A stretch of 64,000 bases of DNA, from positions 100,189 to 164,188 of the forward strand of contig CAXHJY010001600.1 of NCBI GenBank assembly GCA_964016885.1, written 5' to 3'. Positions 13,280 through 26,204 of this stretch are shown piece by piece (the first letter of the stretch is position 1; every line of letters begins with the position of its first letter). This DNA comes from Eledone cirrhosa. Its lineage: Eukaryota. Both the position numbers and the translations under genes were made by a program. The notes below the pieces were generated by a model, which saw only the letters and a list, made by a program, of their open reading frames with translations, was not told where the DNA came from and made no database searches.

Positions 13280-16200
13280 CCTGTGTCTCATATTTCAGAA
13301 GAAGAGATAGAAAAGTTTTGATTGATCTTTTTTTGCAGTTTCTTCAGCTGCCTGAGTGATACTTCAGTTATAACTTTTGCTATGGATGTTCAATGAAAAG
13401 AAAATCACTTTATTGAAATGTAGAAGATATTGAAGATATCAATCAACTATATTACAAAGTGAATAAAAACAAAATATTTCAGACATATTTAATAGTTAAT
13501 CAAAGCTTTTGTTTCAAAAAAAGCATCATTGTTCAATTCAAAGCAATCTGCAACTTTTATTATTAGACTTCCAATTAACAAAACTACAATTTTGTAGAGA
13601 CAACAGAACATATTGAAAAATATATTTCACCTAGAAATGCAAAAGTAAAATTAATTTCTGAGATAATATTGAATAAAAAAAAATTATAAAAGATTTCAAT
13701 GAATAAATTATTATTAAAGAAATCATTTCTTTTTAAAATATTTTCTTCCTGAGATAAATTTAAAATAAATTTCAACATGTTTCATAGGACTGAAAACCAA
13801 AAAATTCTAGGGCACTAAGATAAAATTATATGAATAGATATTTAATATTGCAAACAGATTTTAAGATTTCTGAAGTACATTCAACAATACCATCTTTAAA
13901 GCAAAGTGTTTTTTTTTTTTTTTTTTTTTTTTTTTCCGCTTCAGAAATTTCATGGAAAGGGTAGTGACCATGACCTTCACATGTCTTCTACTATCAACTG
14001 GAATCACAACTAATCTACTAATACAAAGGGTAATATGTATTTGTCTGTCATGTAATAAATATTACGTAATAAATAGTACCTTCCTTAAACAGGATAGATA
14101 CATTAACCTGATTACTGAAGGAAAGTTTTTGACAGGGATCCAAATGAATAGTGATGGAACATCACTTAAATTAAAACTACCAACAATCTAGGCTAGTTTA
14201 AGACATAAAAATAATTCTACAAAAAATCCTTTTTATGAACCAGTAAATGAATGAGAATTGTAGAGAACAAAATGAAATTATACATAGTTTCCATACAACT
14301 CACAAATACCTTTCCATAGAGTCGTCATAATTCACTCATAAATCTAGGTCAAAACCTCCCTCCAAATAATTATCCAATCAACTAGTAGCATCACAGATGA
14401 GTGAGGTGAAATGTCAAAAATCACAAAATCAGAATTTTTTCTCTGCATACACTGTTTTATTTTCTTCAACACAATTCATTGTGAAGTAAAAGAAATTTAA
14501 CAGATGACATGGTGATAATAACGTAATCAACGTTTTCTGTTTGATTTCATATGGTGCTGATACAATAAGAGAATTTTTATCAACACTTTGTTAATGAATA
14601 TACTCTACTCGCAAAGGCCAAGCACTATTTTGAGGGTATTTGTAAACTAATTAGCAGCACCTAAAAAATAACTATACCTAAGACCTCAAACTAGGAAAGA
14701 AGCTTACTCATACCATCAGTGTTTATAGTGCAACTTTCAGACCAGTAGTGCAATTAATGCGTCTTAGTAGTATCATCTACAATTACGGTCAATAGTATAC
14801 TAGCAAAGGTCACTAGTTCCTTCCGACAAGTTTTCAAAAGAAACTGATAAACCACTAATCAACTTGCTTACAAAGAGCCATGTTTGCTATTCTACTGACA
14901 TCAAATCATTACTTCTAATGATCAATGCAATCAAACATACATGCTTGAATGAATGTCAAAATAACTAGTGCTTCAAGGAAAAGATAGAGAAATCTGGTTG
15001 AGAGAGCAATTCTTGTTTACTTATATGAATCAGCAAAAGATAACAGCTAGCATCAGATATTATAGCTAGAGACACACATGAAATGCTTGCAGCTTTCAAA
15101 TTCTTTAACTACTCAGATGAAATAAAAATAACTAATTTAGAGAGGTCCACTAGCAAGCACAAACAACATGAGAAACTGCATGTCTAGTATTAGCCTATTT
15201 TACTACCAGAGATCATGTCAGCATTACCAGCACATTGCTGTAGGTTTTATAGCCAGAGAATTTGCCTCATAATGTTTTCTAATTGTTACGTATCTTTTTC
15301 AAAAGTTGCACAAAATTATGTTGAGAGAAAAGTATTAGGCCATAATTATACTAGAAGATAATAGAAGCAAGTTGGTGGGAGGGACTAAAGCAGAATAGCT
15401 GAATTAATTACTAACAAGAAGTTTAATTAAAAGAAATTATTGACAGAAAATATAATTAATGTATTGCATGCATAAATCTAAGATTTCATTTGGACCAGAA
15501 AATTATCTATTGATTGTTGGTTTGCATTTAATTATACCTAAAAACCCATTCATTAATACATGGTATTTATGCATTATTTTTCACAATATACCAAAGTTAA
15601 TTTCTAATGTTTTCATGACTTGCATAGCATATCTAAAATGTGCAAGTATTGCTTCACTAGGCGAATGTGTATTTAAATACCAGTAAGGGATTAACAACTA
15701 CAACAAAAAGACATACCATTTTTATGCAGTGGCACTTTCTATATGGACATGTAAATATATAGATTACACTGCACTTTCTCTCTCCCAGGTACAACATTAC
15801 TTCACATCAGTTATTTAGTATTATTTCTATCATACATATAATTTAAAACAATTTAGGAGCTTTTACATTTTATTTTCTAATTTCCTGAAGCATTTTATCT
15901 GTTTGGGCTCCTATCAATATTTTCTGTCTTAATATTACTTTAATTACCAAGGATGGTGAATTATCTGATTGTTAGAGCATTCAACTTGCATTATAATCTA
16001 AGTTCAAATCATGCTGAAGTGAAGAGGTTGTGAGTTTAGATATCAGGAATTTAGCCTCAAATGTGAGATGATAGTAGATCAAAAGTAGTTACTGTCCTGC
16101 TGCAGATCCACTTGAAAAATAGAACACTTAGTCAATTATGATAAAATAATACGAAACCACAATATAGTTTAGGAATTTGAAATGCCTTTTGATCTGAAGT

Positions 16201-17642
16201 CAATGTTTTAGTGAAATATAAGAAAGACATCCAATTACTTTCTAAAACTTCAATACCTATGGAAAAAAATAAAGATTCTAATGATGCAATAAGTATCTTT
16301 GCATGTTTGTGAGACAATGAAAGTTTGGAAATTTGACAGTACTCTTTGGTTCTTGTATTGATTGTATTGATATTTTGAGGTTTGATCATTTGCCTTCAAG
16401 AATCTTCAAAATATAAATGATCATGTATCTCTCCCTTCAGAGTTCATGGGAAAGAATATCATTATCATCATCATTATTTAATGTCTTTTTCCCAACTAGC
16501 AAGAGTAGGACTTAATATATCAAGTATAAACATAATTCTGTAATTATTATATTTGATCTCACCTTCTTAATGAACATTTCTTACAATCTTTGTAGCAGCA
16601 ATTTTAGGGAACCAATTTTGAGAATAATTTACTCATAATGCAATCAATATTATGTCAACAAAATAAACTGATATAACTTTAGCCCCCAAAATCCCATCAG
16701 ATAACTTTTGATATAAAGGTGATAGTGAACTAATATAAATTCAAAAGTATGCAACACTAGACCTAAATACCAAACCCACCTTGTACTTTGTATGGAATGT
16801 ATGTATAACACTTTACAGATGGACATTTTTCCCCTCACCCAACATCATGAAAATACTGTTGGGTTGAACTTCCTGTTATCCTTTGCGCAGCCAGATATAT
16901 CACCCATTTCAAAAGTTACCATAGTATCACCTGAGTAACTGGGATGGACAGTGGGGGGTCAGCAATAGTAATTCATTCATGTTCAATAATACAACTATTA
17001 AAAGACAGGATCATGAGATATCCTGCTCTGATGAATACTACAGCACTGTGCACTGACAATAGGATGATTGGTGGAAGAAAAATGTTTGTTATTACATATT
17101 TTATGATTGAATAGTTTATTTAAAAAATTTATTTTATTAATTTGTATAGTTAGTTACTATGGAGAATATCCTATACTTACTAATGAAAAAAACATTCTAC
17201 AACTATTATGAAAAACTTTTTGCATGCATATATTTTTAGGATATAATAACTAGTTTTAATGATTTTTTTTCCCTACAAATGCCTCAGAAACTGGAATGCA
17301 CTGCATGACTGACCAACTATTTTGGAAGATGAATTTGAAGATTCTATTGCTCACGATATCAAGAATAGAGAAAAATAAAGCTTCATTTCACTCTAAACAA
17401 TATATATATTAGGTATATATTATATATGCATCATTGAAAATGTACCTAAAGGCAAGTGCAATCAATGCCATTCTTAAAAATTCAATACACTATCAGGTAT
17501 TAATGCTAGGGCCCACACAAACGTTGGATACATAAAACAAAGAAAAAATTGTTTTAAAATTTGACATACATATATATATATACAAAACTATGACTGGTGA
17601 GTATATATGTATGTATATATATATATATGTGTGTGTGTGTAT

Positions 17643-17700
<58 letters not shown>

Positions 17701-17764
17701 CAGGTTCAATTGGGGGTAACCACAGTAAGTAAGGTACTCAATACATAGTATAGTATATACAATT

Positions 17765-17866
17765 TTTAATATAGAAATGGTTTCTACAGGACTAGAACTG
17801 TTTCCTTTGGAGAAATCATCAGGAATGGAACAGTTCTAGTGTTGTAGAAGCCATTTCTATATTAAA
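17765..17866. repeat. 40-bp-arm inverted repeat enclosing a hammerhead-like core
   Basis: Arms 17765-17804 and 17827-17866 match at 36/40. The minus strand reads CTGATGA-tttctccaaag-GAAAC. Confidence 0.85.
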
Positions 17867-17966
17867 CATTATATATATATATATATGTAGAGAGACAGAG
17901 AGAGAGAGCAAGAGTGGCAGGGAGGCGGAAGAAGGAGAAGAAGAATATACATTTATTACGGGGTAG

Positions 17967-18038
17967 GTGGTGAGCCTTCTTATTCTGGAGTTTCCTTTGA
18001 GTAATCAGGTGAAACTCCAGAGTAACAAGACTCACCAC
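17967..18038. repeat. 28-bp-arm inverted repeat
   Basis: gtggtgagccttcttattctggagtttc / gaaactccagagtaacaagactcaccac match at 25/28. A related fragment lies at ~40842-40880. Confidence 0.85.
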
Positions 18039-18066
18039 TGAGCCATAATAAATGAATCTCTCTCTG

Positions 18067-18102
<36 letters not shown>

Positions 18103-19799
18103 TTCTGGCTGCACAACTATGATTTTCAAGATTTATGAAATAGATTATGCAGTCAGAACAATTTAACTGACTAGTTTTTACTCGCGTTCTGTTTTGTAAA
18201 GTTTATGTACTATCATATATGATTACATATGGTGAAAACAATCACTGTATGTAATCCATGATATAATTAAAATATCCAGGAACAATGGATAGCTTGTAAG
18301 GTTTCAACTGATTAGCTTTATGTCATAGATTATTTTTCAGTTAGCTGCAGTTACTCAACAGCAGTAATTTTATATTAATTAAAATTTTTTTACGACTAAC
18401 ATTCATATTTGTAACTTGCTCTGGTCAAATAATTTTGACGATATATCTCCAAAGACAAGGTTCCTGAAATTTCAAGCACTGAAACAAAATCTAAATACAG
18501 CTGTAATTGAACAATAAGAGTTATTAATCTCCAATTTGTTTCATCATTACCAACTGTCTTTCAAAAATTCTTATTTCCGTTTCGTTATCTCTGATATGTT
18601 GTTGAGTTGTTTATTTTTGTATTTCCCCTAATCATTTTCAGATGATATTCTAGGGATTCACATATCCTTAAACCTTTGCAAGAGGTTTACAGAAGATTTA
18701 GATAACAGTAATCAAACTATAAGTACTTTACCAGATGTCCATATCAGTAAACAAACTATAAATACTTTATCAGATGTCCATATAACTTCCCTAGTTAACC
18801 CTTCCTATATTTTCTCAACATTGTTTAGTCAATGTCATTTAAGAATTTAACTGCCAGTTATACATTTTTTAATAGAGTAGCAGCCATAAATAATACTGTT
18901 ATGTATGTTTCAATTATATGCTTTATCTCCATTTTCAATTACTTAGTTTACGTTTCTATTACCTGCCTCTTTAATATATTTTCTTCTGAAAATTATAATA
19001 CAAATAAAAACTTAAAATAAACTTTAAATTGGAGTGATGTAGCAAAAGCTTTTAAACTATAGAAATTTCAATATTACAAAGATAATTTTTAAAATGGTTA
19101 TAGCAGTTATTTCTCAAACAATTCGGATAACTAAAACAGTTAGTAGATAAATTAAATTCTCAAACATACAAGATAATTTGGAGATAAAATTTTGCCTTAT
19201 CTTATTAATTTTTTTTTTTTTAAATGATAATGAAGATTTACCTCTGGAATGATCTTATTCATTAGATCAATAACAATTGATTTTCATGCCATTCACATCA
19301 TAGAGATTCATCCATTACAAACAATGAATATTCCAAATGTAATAAACATGTAATTAGGATATAAATGGCTGTGTTATTGGGTTATTCTAATCTTCCTTCA
19401 TGGATTCAAATTTGGTCAAAGACATTAAATTTTATCAAACAACAAAGCACATGTTACTTTCCCCTATCCACCCAATAGGTAAAGGTTTTAAAATCGAATA
19501 TAATTTTATAGAATATAGAGATGAAATTTATTGGTCTATCAAAATATATACCCAATATTTAAATTTGCAAATATATTAAAACTCTGCTCTTCTAGGCATA
19601 AAATGTAACAGATAGGTGAGAAAACTAGAACCATTAGATCAGAGAGGCACTACATAAGTTCTTGTACTGTAAGCCAGACCAGAATCTGTTTCTCTCTCTC
19701 TCTCTTGCACACATCAAATATGAGCATACCTTCACAAGTATATAAAACACTGGTTCCTTATCAGATGATTGTAATGATAGATCATTATTGTTACACAGC

Positions 19800-19996
19800 G
19801 GTGGATTACAAGGGCGGTGGATTGGCAGTATCGGTAGAGGGTCGGACGCCATGCTTTCCAGCATAGTTACGTCCCTTTACGATCTGAGTTCAAATCCCGC
19901 CGAGGTTGACTTTGCCTTTCATCCTTATGGGGTCGATAAAATAAAGTACCAGTAATGCACTGGGTAATTGCTGGCCTTGTGCCTAAAGTAGAAACA
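19800..19996 (+). mobile_element. tRNA-derived SINE, young copy
   Basis: A box tggcagtatcgg, B box gagttcaaatcc, 16-bp TSD attattgttacacagc (19784-19799 / 19997-20012). Confidence 0.92.
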
Positions 19997-22801
19997 ATTA
20001 TTGTTACACAGCTATGAGGTCAGCTGTCATCAAGAATACCCATGGTCAAAGTTGTTCTGGCCATGACCATCCTGGTTTTTAGGGTTAGGGGCAAGAAGGA
20101 CTACTTTATCCGACATATCTTTATCTAATTTACGACTGTAATTTGAGATTGTCTGCTTTTTCTATCAGGCTTTTCTATCAGGCTTCCTCACCTATTGTGC
20201 TTATTTATAGTTTCACAAATTGACATATTTTGAGTGAAATCTCTTGGTCATGTATATAAGAAAATAATAACAGGATATGAACCACAGATCTTGCTGCAGC
20301 TCCTGTGCAATGTAAAAATAATATTTTAGCCTGCAAATCATATTTTTCTGTAACTTTGTAGTTCAAAACTAAGGAAAGTTGATTCTTCAAATGTATCTAT
20401 TAATTTTGGACGAGAGATGAAGTAATTTTTTATCTCAACAACTATTGATAAAATAATGTGTATGAGATTCTTAAAGACTTTTTATACAATTCTACATGAA
20501 GTAAAGTTTGACTTGGAAAAAAAGATATTTAAATTCTTTAATATATTCTAATTTAAGACGGTGCCTAAATGTTTTTCTCCTTGATCACACAACAATTACT
20601 GAAATCGTTCTTAATATTGCATAGTTCATTTGATATTCCCATGATTCTCATTGTAATTCAACAAAATGTAACATGAAAAGTACAAATTGTATACATTATT
20701 GGTTTATTTGGGGGGGGATTTTGTGAATGTTTCTTACTTCTTGAAACCAAATAAATCTTTAAATCTTATACTTATTTTTAAGTTCATCATGAAATAGTTA
20801 ACTGTTTATTAATGATTTGTAACTAATTTAGAGTAATGAAAACAGTTGAGAATAGAACATAAATGATATTGAAACAGCATGATCATTCTAGTTAACTGTT
20901 TAAAAGCCCTTTTAAGTTGAATAACTCAATAATTCTTAAGTTATTTTAGCTGCTATATATAAAGTGTATAAAATATTTCTTTTCTTCAAATATTAAAAAG
21001 AAAAAATATATGAAACTGTAAAATCAATTCTTTTTATCATAATTAGATCATGAGATTCTGGTAACAAAATAAATATCTGCAACAAACTAATGATGATTGC
21101 AGTCATAATGAGTTGTACAGATAATTTTCTTTCCCAAGAAGTGTTTAATGTTTTGATCAATCATAATTTAACACTTTGTAAAAGATAAAGATATCCAATT
21201 TCTTTTTATAAGACATCTAACATTTTAAAATATGCAGAAAAACAGTGAAGATTTTGAATGCTATGTTTTTATATGTACATAATTAGAATAGAAAAATATA
21301 AACATTTGTAGAGAAAAAGAAACACATATTCGGAAAAAGGGATATGAGATATGTAGGTACATAATGAGGACTACTTTATGTTTAAATATTATTTGAAACT
21401 TAGCAAAGTGTAGTTCAAAAATTAATGAAGAAGATAAATATATCATAATCTTTTCAGCTGAATTTCATTAAGAAAATATAAGCAATGAAAACTGAGTGCA
21501 TGTGAAAAACCTATCATGGAGGTTAAATTATCAATAAAAGATAAAATATATTTTACACTTTATTTTAAAAGAAAACAATAAGTATTACATAAGTATTACA
21601 TCAGAACATTTTTGAAAACGAAACTCATTATTTACACACATAACTATCTGCAATAACTATCAAAAGTAAAAACTGTTTCTTGAAATATAATATTCTAAAA
21701 ATATTAACATTTGTTTTGTTTAATTTGTACTTATCTCTTAGCACAGTGAGACCAACAGTCATAAATCTATGAGAAATGCAACATTATGAGAGGTGTTAGA
21801 GAAACAAACTGAATGATTTATGATATTTAATTCAATTCAATATTCTGAAATTGAATTATCTAAATTCAAATTTGCTTTATTCTCCTTCTAGAGAAAATAC
21901 AACCATCTGCTATAACTGATCAAAGCTCAATTAAGAATTGCTATTTATCTGTGTAACTTTTACACCAGCAAACTTTTTTTTCCTTTCAGTAAAGAAATTA
22001 ATAGTAATATCTTTAAAATTCTAATTTTAGTATATTTTCACAAAAGGCCAGTATTTATGATCCATTTTTATGATCAGTTTTCTCAAGTAAATAAAACATT
22101 TCATTCTCTTTCCTTGACACTATTTTAAAACCCATTTCCAGCCCCCATTTTAAAACCCATTTCCTTCTTTGTCACTTCAAGTTCATATTAAAATACCATA
22201 CATGTTTGTTTTGTTGTTGTTCATTTCTATTGCATTGTTGTTACTGTTGCTTGTTTCTCAGAGCCACTATCTTTATGTTGATATTATTGTTTATGTTTGC
22301 TTAGTAGAATTATTGTTGTTCATTTCTGTGTTGATTAAGAATGGGAAAATGAGATTTTATGAAATCGTTTAGGATAGTTTTGTTGCAATTGTTCATCACT
22401 ATTGTTTAGGATGGGTGGGGAGTGATGGGAAGATTTAGCTGTGATTACTATCAACAAGCATCCTAGTGTCATACTGGGGTAGTGCTAGTGCTCCAAGACG
22501 CACCCTGTCTACCCTATAAGATGTTCATGCTAGAGTTATGATAAAATGCATCCAGTATACACTGTAAAGTTTGCCATCAGAAAGGGCATCCAGCCATAAA
22601 ACTCAAGTAAAAAAAATGGAGTATATGAACAAAGCTTAGTCACTTGACCAGTCATACCTCAATATATGACAACCCACTAAACCCATGCAAGCAAAGAAAA
22701 ATAGACATTAAATAGTGAGGGTGATGATGAACGACAGTGTTGGGAGTCCATTGTGAAGTAAAATAATAGAATTATGCAATAAATGAATAATACTGATGAT
22801 A

Positions 22802-23182
22802 ATTATTTCTACTTTTGGCACAAGGCCAGCAATTACCCAGGTGCATTACTGGTACTTTATTTTATCGACCCCATAAGGATGAAAGGCAAAATTAACCTCA
22901 GCAGGATTTGAACTCAGATCATAAAGGGCCATAACTCTATGCTGCAAAGCATGGCGTCCAACCCTCTACCTATACTTCCCCTGATAATAATATTAATAAT
23001 TGTTTCTACTTTTGGTACAAGGCCAGCAATTATACCAGTGTATTACTGGTACTTTATTTTATCAACCCCGTAAGGATGAAAGGCAAAGTTAGCCTCATCG
23101 GGATTTGAACTCAGATCATAAAGGGCCGTAGCTCTTTGCTGCAAAGCCTGGCCTCCGACCCTCAACCAATACTGCCAATCCA
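22802..23182 (-). mobile_element. Two head-to-tail copies of the tRNA-derived SINE (22802-22975, 22997-23182)
   Basis: Both carry tttctacttttgg(c/t)acaaggccagcaatta...taaggatgaaaggcaaa...ggatttgaactcag. Confidence 0.9.
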
Positions 23183-23816
23183 AATAATAATGCTTAAGCT
23201 ATAATGATTTTAAACAAATGAATGTCATTCCCCATTAATGCTTGGCTGCTACTTAGATCAAATCAAAGTAAAATCATATTGTATCACAGGGCTAAGTTTA
23301 TTGACACAGGGCTAAGTTTTGCTATAAGCATGCACCTCTCCTGGCATTTTTTACTGTTTTTTTTTGGTGTGTGTGTGTGGGGGGGGGGGGGTCCAAAAAA
23401 ATATATTTAGGATATTTACTTTTTAAATATTGGAGATTGCAATTCTGCAAAACAAAATGTTTATAATCTTTTTTTTTTTTTTGCATCCACATACACAACC
23501 ATCACTAAAATGCAATACAAAACCAACAATAAGTTTTGCATTTTTTGCTTTCTTTCAGAATTTTTATTTGAATTATGTTCTCAACATAGGATATTAAGAT
23601 TCAACAAAAGAAGAAAAAAATTTTTTAAATTACAATTAATTCCACCCTAATAAATATGACATATAAAATTTGTAACATAAAATACGCACACATATAATGC
23701 ACATACACATAATATCAATACTTTCCTAAAATATATGTATCAGTATATATGTATATATGTGTGTCAGTAAAATATATGTATCTGTATATATGTGTATGTG
23801 TGTGTCTGTAGATAGT

Positions 23817-23848
<32 letters not shown>

Positions 23849-24128
23849 CATACACATATATATATATATATACATACACATATATATATATACATACACA
23901 TATATATATATAGATGTATCCGAAGATATATTAATGTGGTAAAGGTCTAACTGAACTCTGTGGTTTCAGCTTGTGATCTCTCCTAACTTGGAGAGATTAC
24001 AAGGAGAAACTCATGATTGGATCTTTACCTCATTAATATACCCACTCTATATCTTGTCATGCATCAAGTACTACTCCGATTTGTGATCTGCCCAGTCTTT
24101 GCACAGCTGACATATGCACACACACTCT

Positions 24129-24165
<37 letters not shown>

Positions 24166-24180
24166 CATCCTCTTCTCATT

Positions 24181-24312
24181 CTCTTTTAGCTTTCTATTTC
24201 TTTTAGTTCTTATATATATACTTATATATCTATATATATATATATATACATGTGTGTATGTATATATAAGTATATATATGAGAACTAAAAAAAATAGAAA
24301 GCTAGAAAAGAG
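24181..24312. repeat. ~50-bp-arm inverted repeat around a TA tract
   Basis: ctcttttagctttctatttcttttagttcttatatatatacttatata versus tatataagtatatatatgagaactaaaaaaaatagaaagctagaaaagag. Confidence 0.8.
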
Positions 24313-24679
24313 TGATTTGAGGAGAAAAATAATGTGTATGTACATATATATACACACACATACATATTAGGATGGCGTATATAAATGTGTGTATCATGTA
24401 TTCGTCTATCTGTGTGTATATAAATGTGTGAGTATATTACACATGTATGTATATGTATTACAAATGTCTAAGTATATATCTGTTTGTATGAGAGTATGTA
24501 TGTATGTAAATAAATATATGTATATCCTCATCATTGTCATCATCATCATTTAGCATCCATCTTCCATGCTAGCATGAGTACGACGTGCCATCCTCTTGTG
24601 AAAGATTCAGGTCGGAGGACCGTGTTTTGCTCACACAGAACTAATTTTAGCTTTGTTTCTGGATGCCCTTCCTAAATCC

Positions 24680-24892
24680 AGCCACATTTACAGTGTGTAC
24701 TAGGTACTTTTTGTTGTGACACCTACACAACCACTTTACAGTGTGGGTTGAGCACATTTTATCATGACTCCTACACAACTTCTTTACAGTGTGGACTGGG
24801 TGCTTTTTGTAGTGATATTACACAACCACTTTACAGTGTGAACTAGGCACTTTTTGTCATGGCTTCAGGATGACCACTTTATGGTGTGGATT
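24680..24892. repeat. ~46-bp tandem array (about 5 diverged units) amplified from the LINE 3' UTR
   Basis: Recurrent accactttacagtgtg(g/t/a) unit. The same motif occurs as ccacatttacagtgtgg in the LINE 3' UTR at ~58545. Confidence 0.8.
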
Positions 24893-25059
24893 AGGGATTT
24901 AGGTGGGGGAGATGCATAGGGGAATTGGGGAGGTGATATTTTTCTGACAACAGTGTTTTTTTTAACTGTATTTCTAACTGCAAATTGTTATCATGATACT
25001 TTGATGAGTGATATATATATATTATCTGTTCTAATTTGTTTCCTGCGTGACTTTAATTA

Positions 25060-25159
25060 AACTCTGATGATACCCACAGTCTATATTCACTAATGTCAAA
25101 TTGTTAAATAAAACGATTTGTTATACGAAGCATAACCTGGGCAGAAACAATTGTCAGTT
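25060..25159 (+). ncRNA. Type-I hammerhead ribozyme motif with long stem-II insertion
   Basis: aact-CTGATGA(25064-25070)-taccca...tgggca-GAAAC-aatt-GTC(25153-25155)-agtt. All core nucleotides are present, stem I is aact/agtt, and stem III is the palindrome acaattgt. Confidence 0.6.
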
Positions 25160-26171
25160 ATTAAATGCCTATAATTCTTAAGTTCATTGGTTTGTAAACA
25201 AACTGTAAGTAAGTATATATATATATATATATATATATGTTAAAAACATTTAATTTCATCAACTTTTCTAATGTGATCAGAAAGTGCATGAATAATACAG
25301 ACACCTACTTCCTTGATATAACTAGATTTAACACAACACTTAATAAACACTTCTCATTACAAGGAATCTGATTATCACAACAGAGTAAAATTTTAAAGAT
25401 ATCAACTCTGAAAACCCTGTGATGATTTAGTTGAAAATATCTAAAACCAGGCATATTAATTCAAATGTTTGTAGTTACTTGTGGACAGATCGTTGTAATT
25501 AACAGTAAACACTTTATTTTCATGTGGTATAGGACTTCAAGAGTTAATAAATTTCAGGATTTAGTTTTTAATACAATTTTATATAATCAAAAGAACACCT
25601 ACCAATAAGATTGAATCGATACTGTACATAGTAATTCATATCTATATAATATGTGGATTTGACAGTTATTATAGAACTGTCATGAATCAAAATTACTTAC
25701 TACTCACACAAGTTAAATTTCTGAGATATGTAATTACATTTTTTATGGTTTTTTTTTTAGGTAGCCGAATTAAAAATCATGACCAAATCCATGACAAAAT
25801 AAAAAAATTATATTGAATCAAATTGGTCTGTAAGTCTAGAATGCAGGGACTAATTCTCAAAATATTCACTCCATAGAAAATGATAATAAATATCCAGCAC
25901 TCAATCTAACAAAGTGTCAAGTAACTTTTTTTTAGTTTGATCATTAATCAATTTAATGTATTACATGAAAAACCATTATACTATAACTTTTACACCGAAA
26001 AACTTGTATTTAGTATTAAACATTTGTAACTTGTAAAGTTATACCTTCAAATTAATACATACACACATGTACATGGGTATATCTGTGGGTAAAATACATA
26101 TAACCCATGAATATATCTATATGTGTATATATATATATACATACATATATATATCTATATGTATATATGTA

Positions 26172-26204
<33 letters not shown>

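Noticed and set aside
14620-15240. Possible Gypsy RNase H/integrase relic (KETDKPLINLL)
   Set aside because: Only one or two eroded motifs; not enough to call without an alignment.
16838-16931. Candidate minus-strand exon (cag|...|gtgagg)
   Set aside because: Stops in all three frames.
18550-18600. Candidate minus-strand exon ending TTG|gtaatg
   Set aside because: No pyrimidine-rich acceptor in a compatible phase, and an in-frame stop just upstream.
19810-19900. tRNA gene-like A and B boxes
   Set aside because: No cloverleaf; it is the head of a multi-copy SINE with TSDs.
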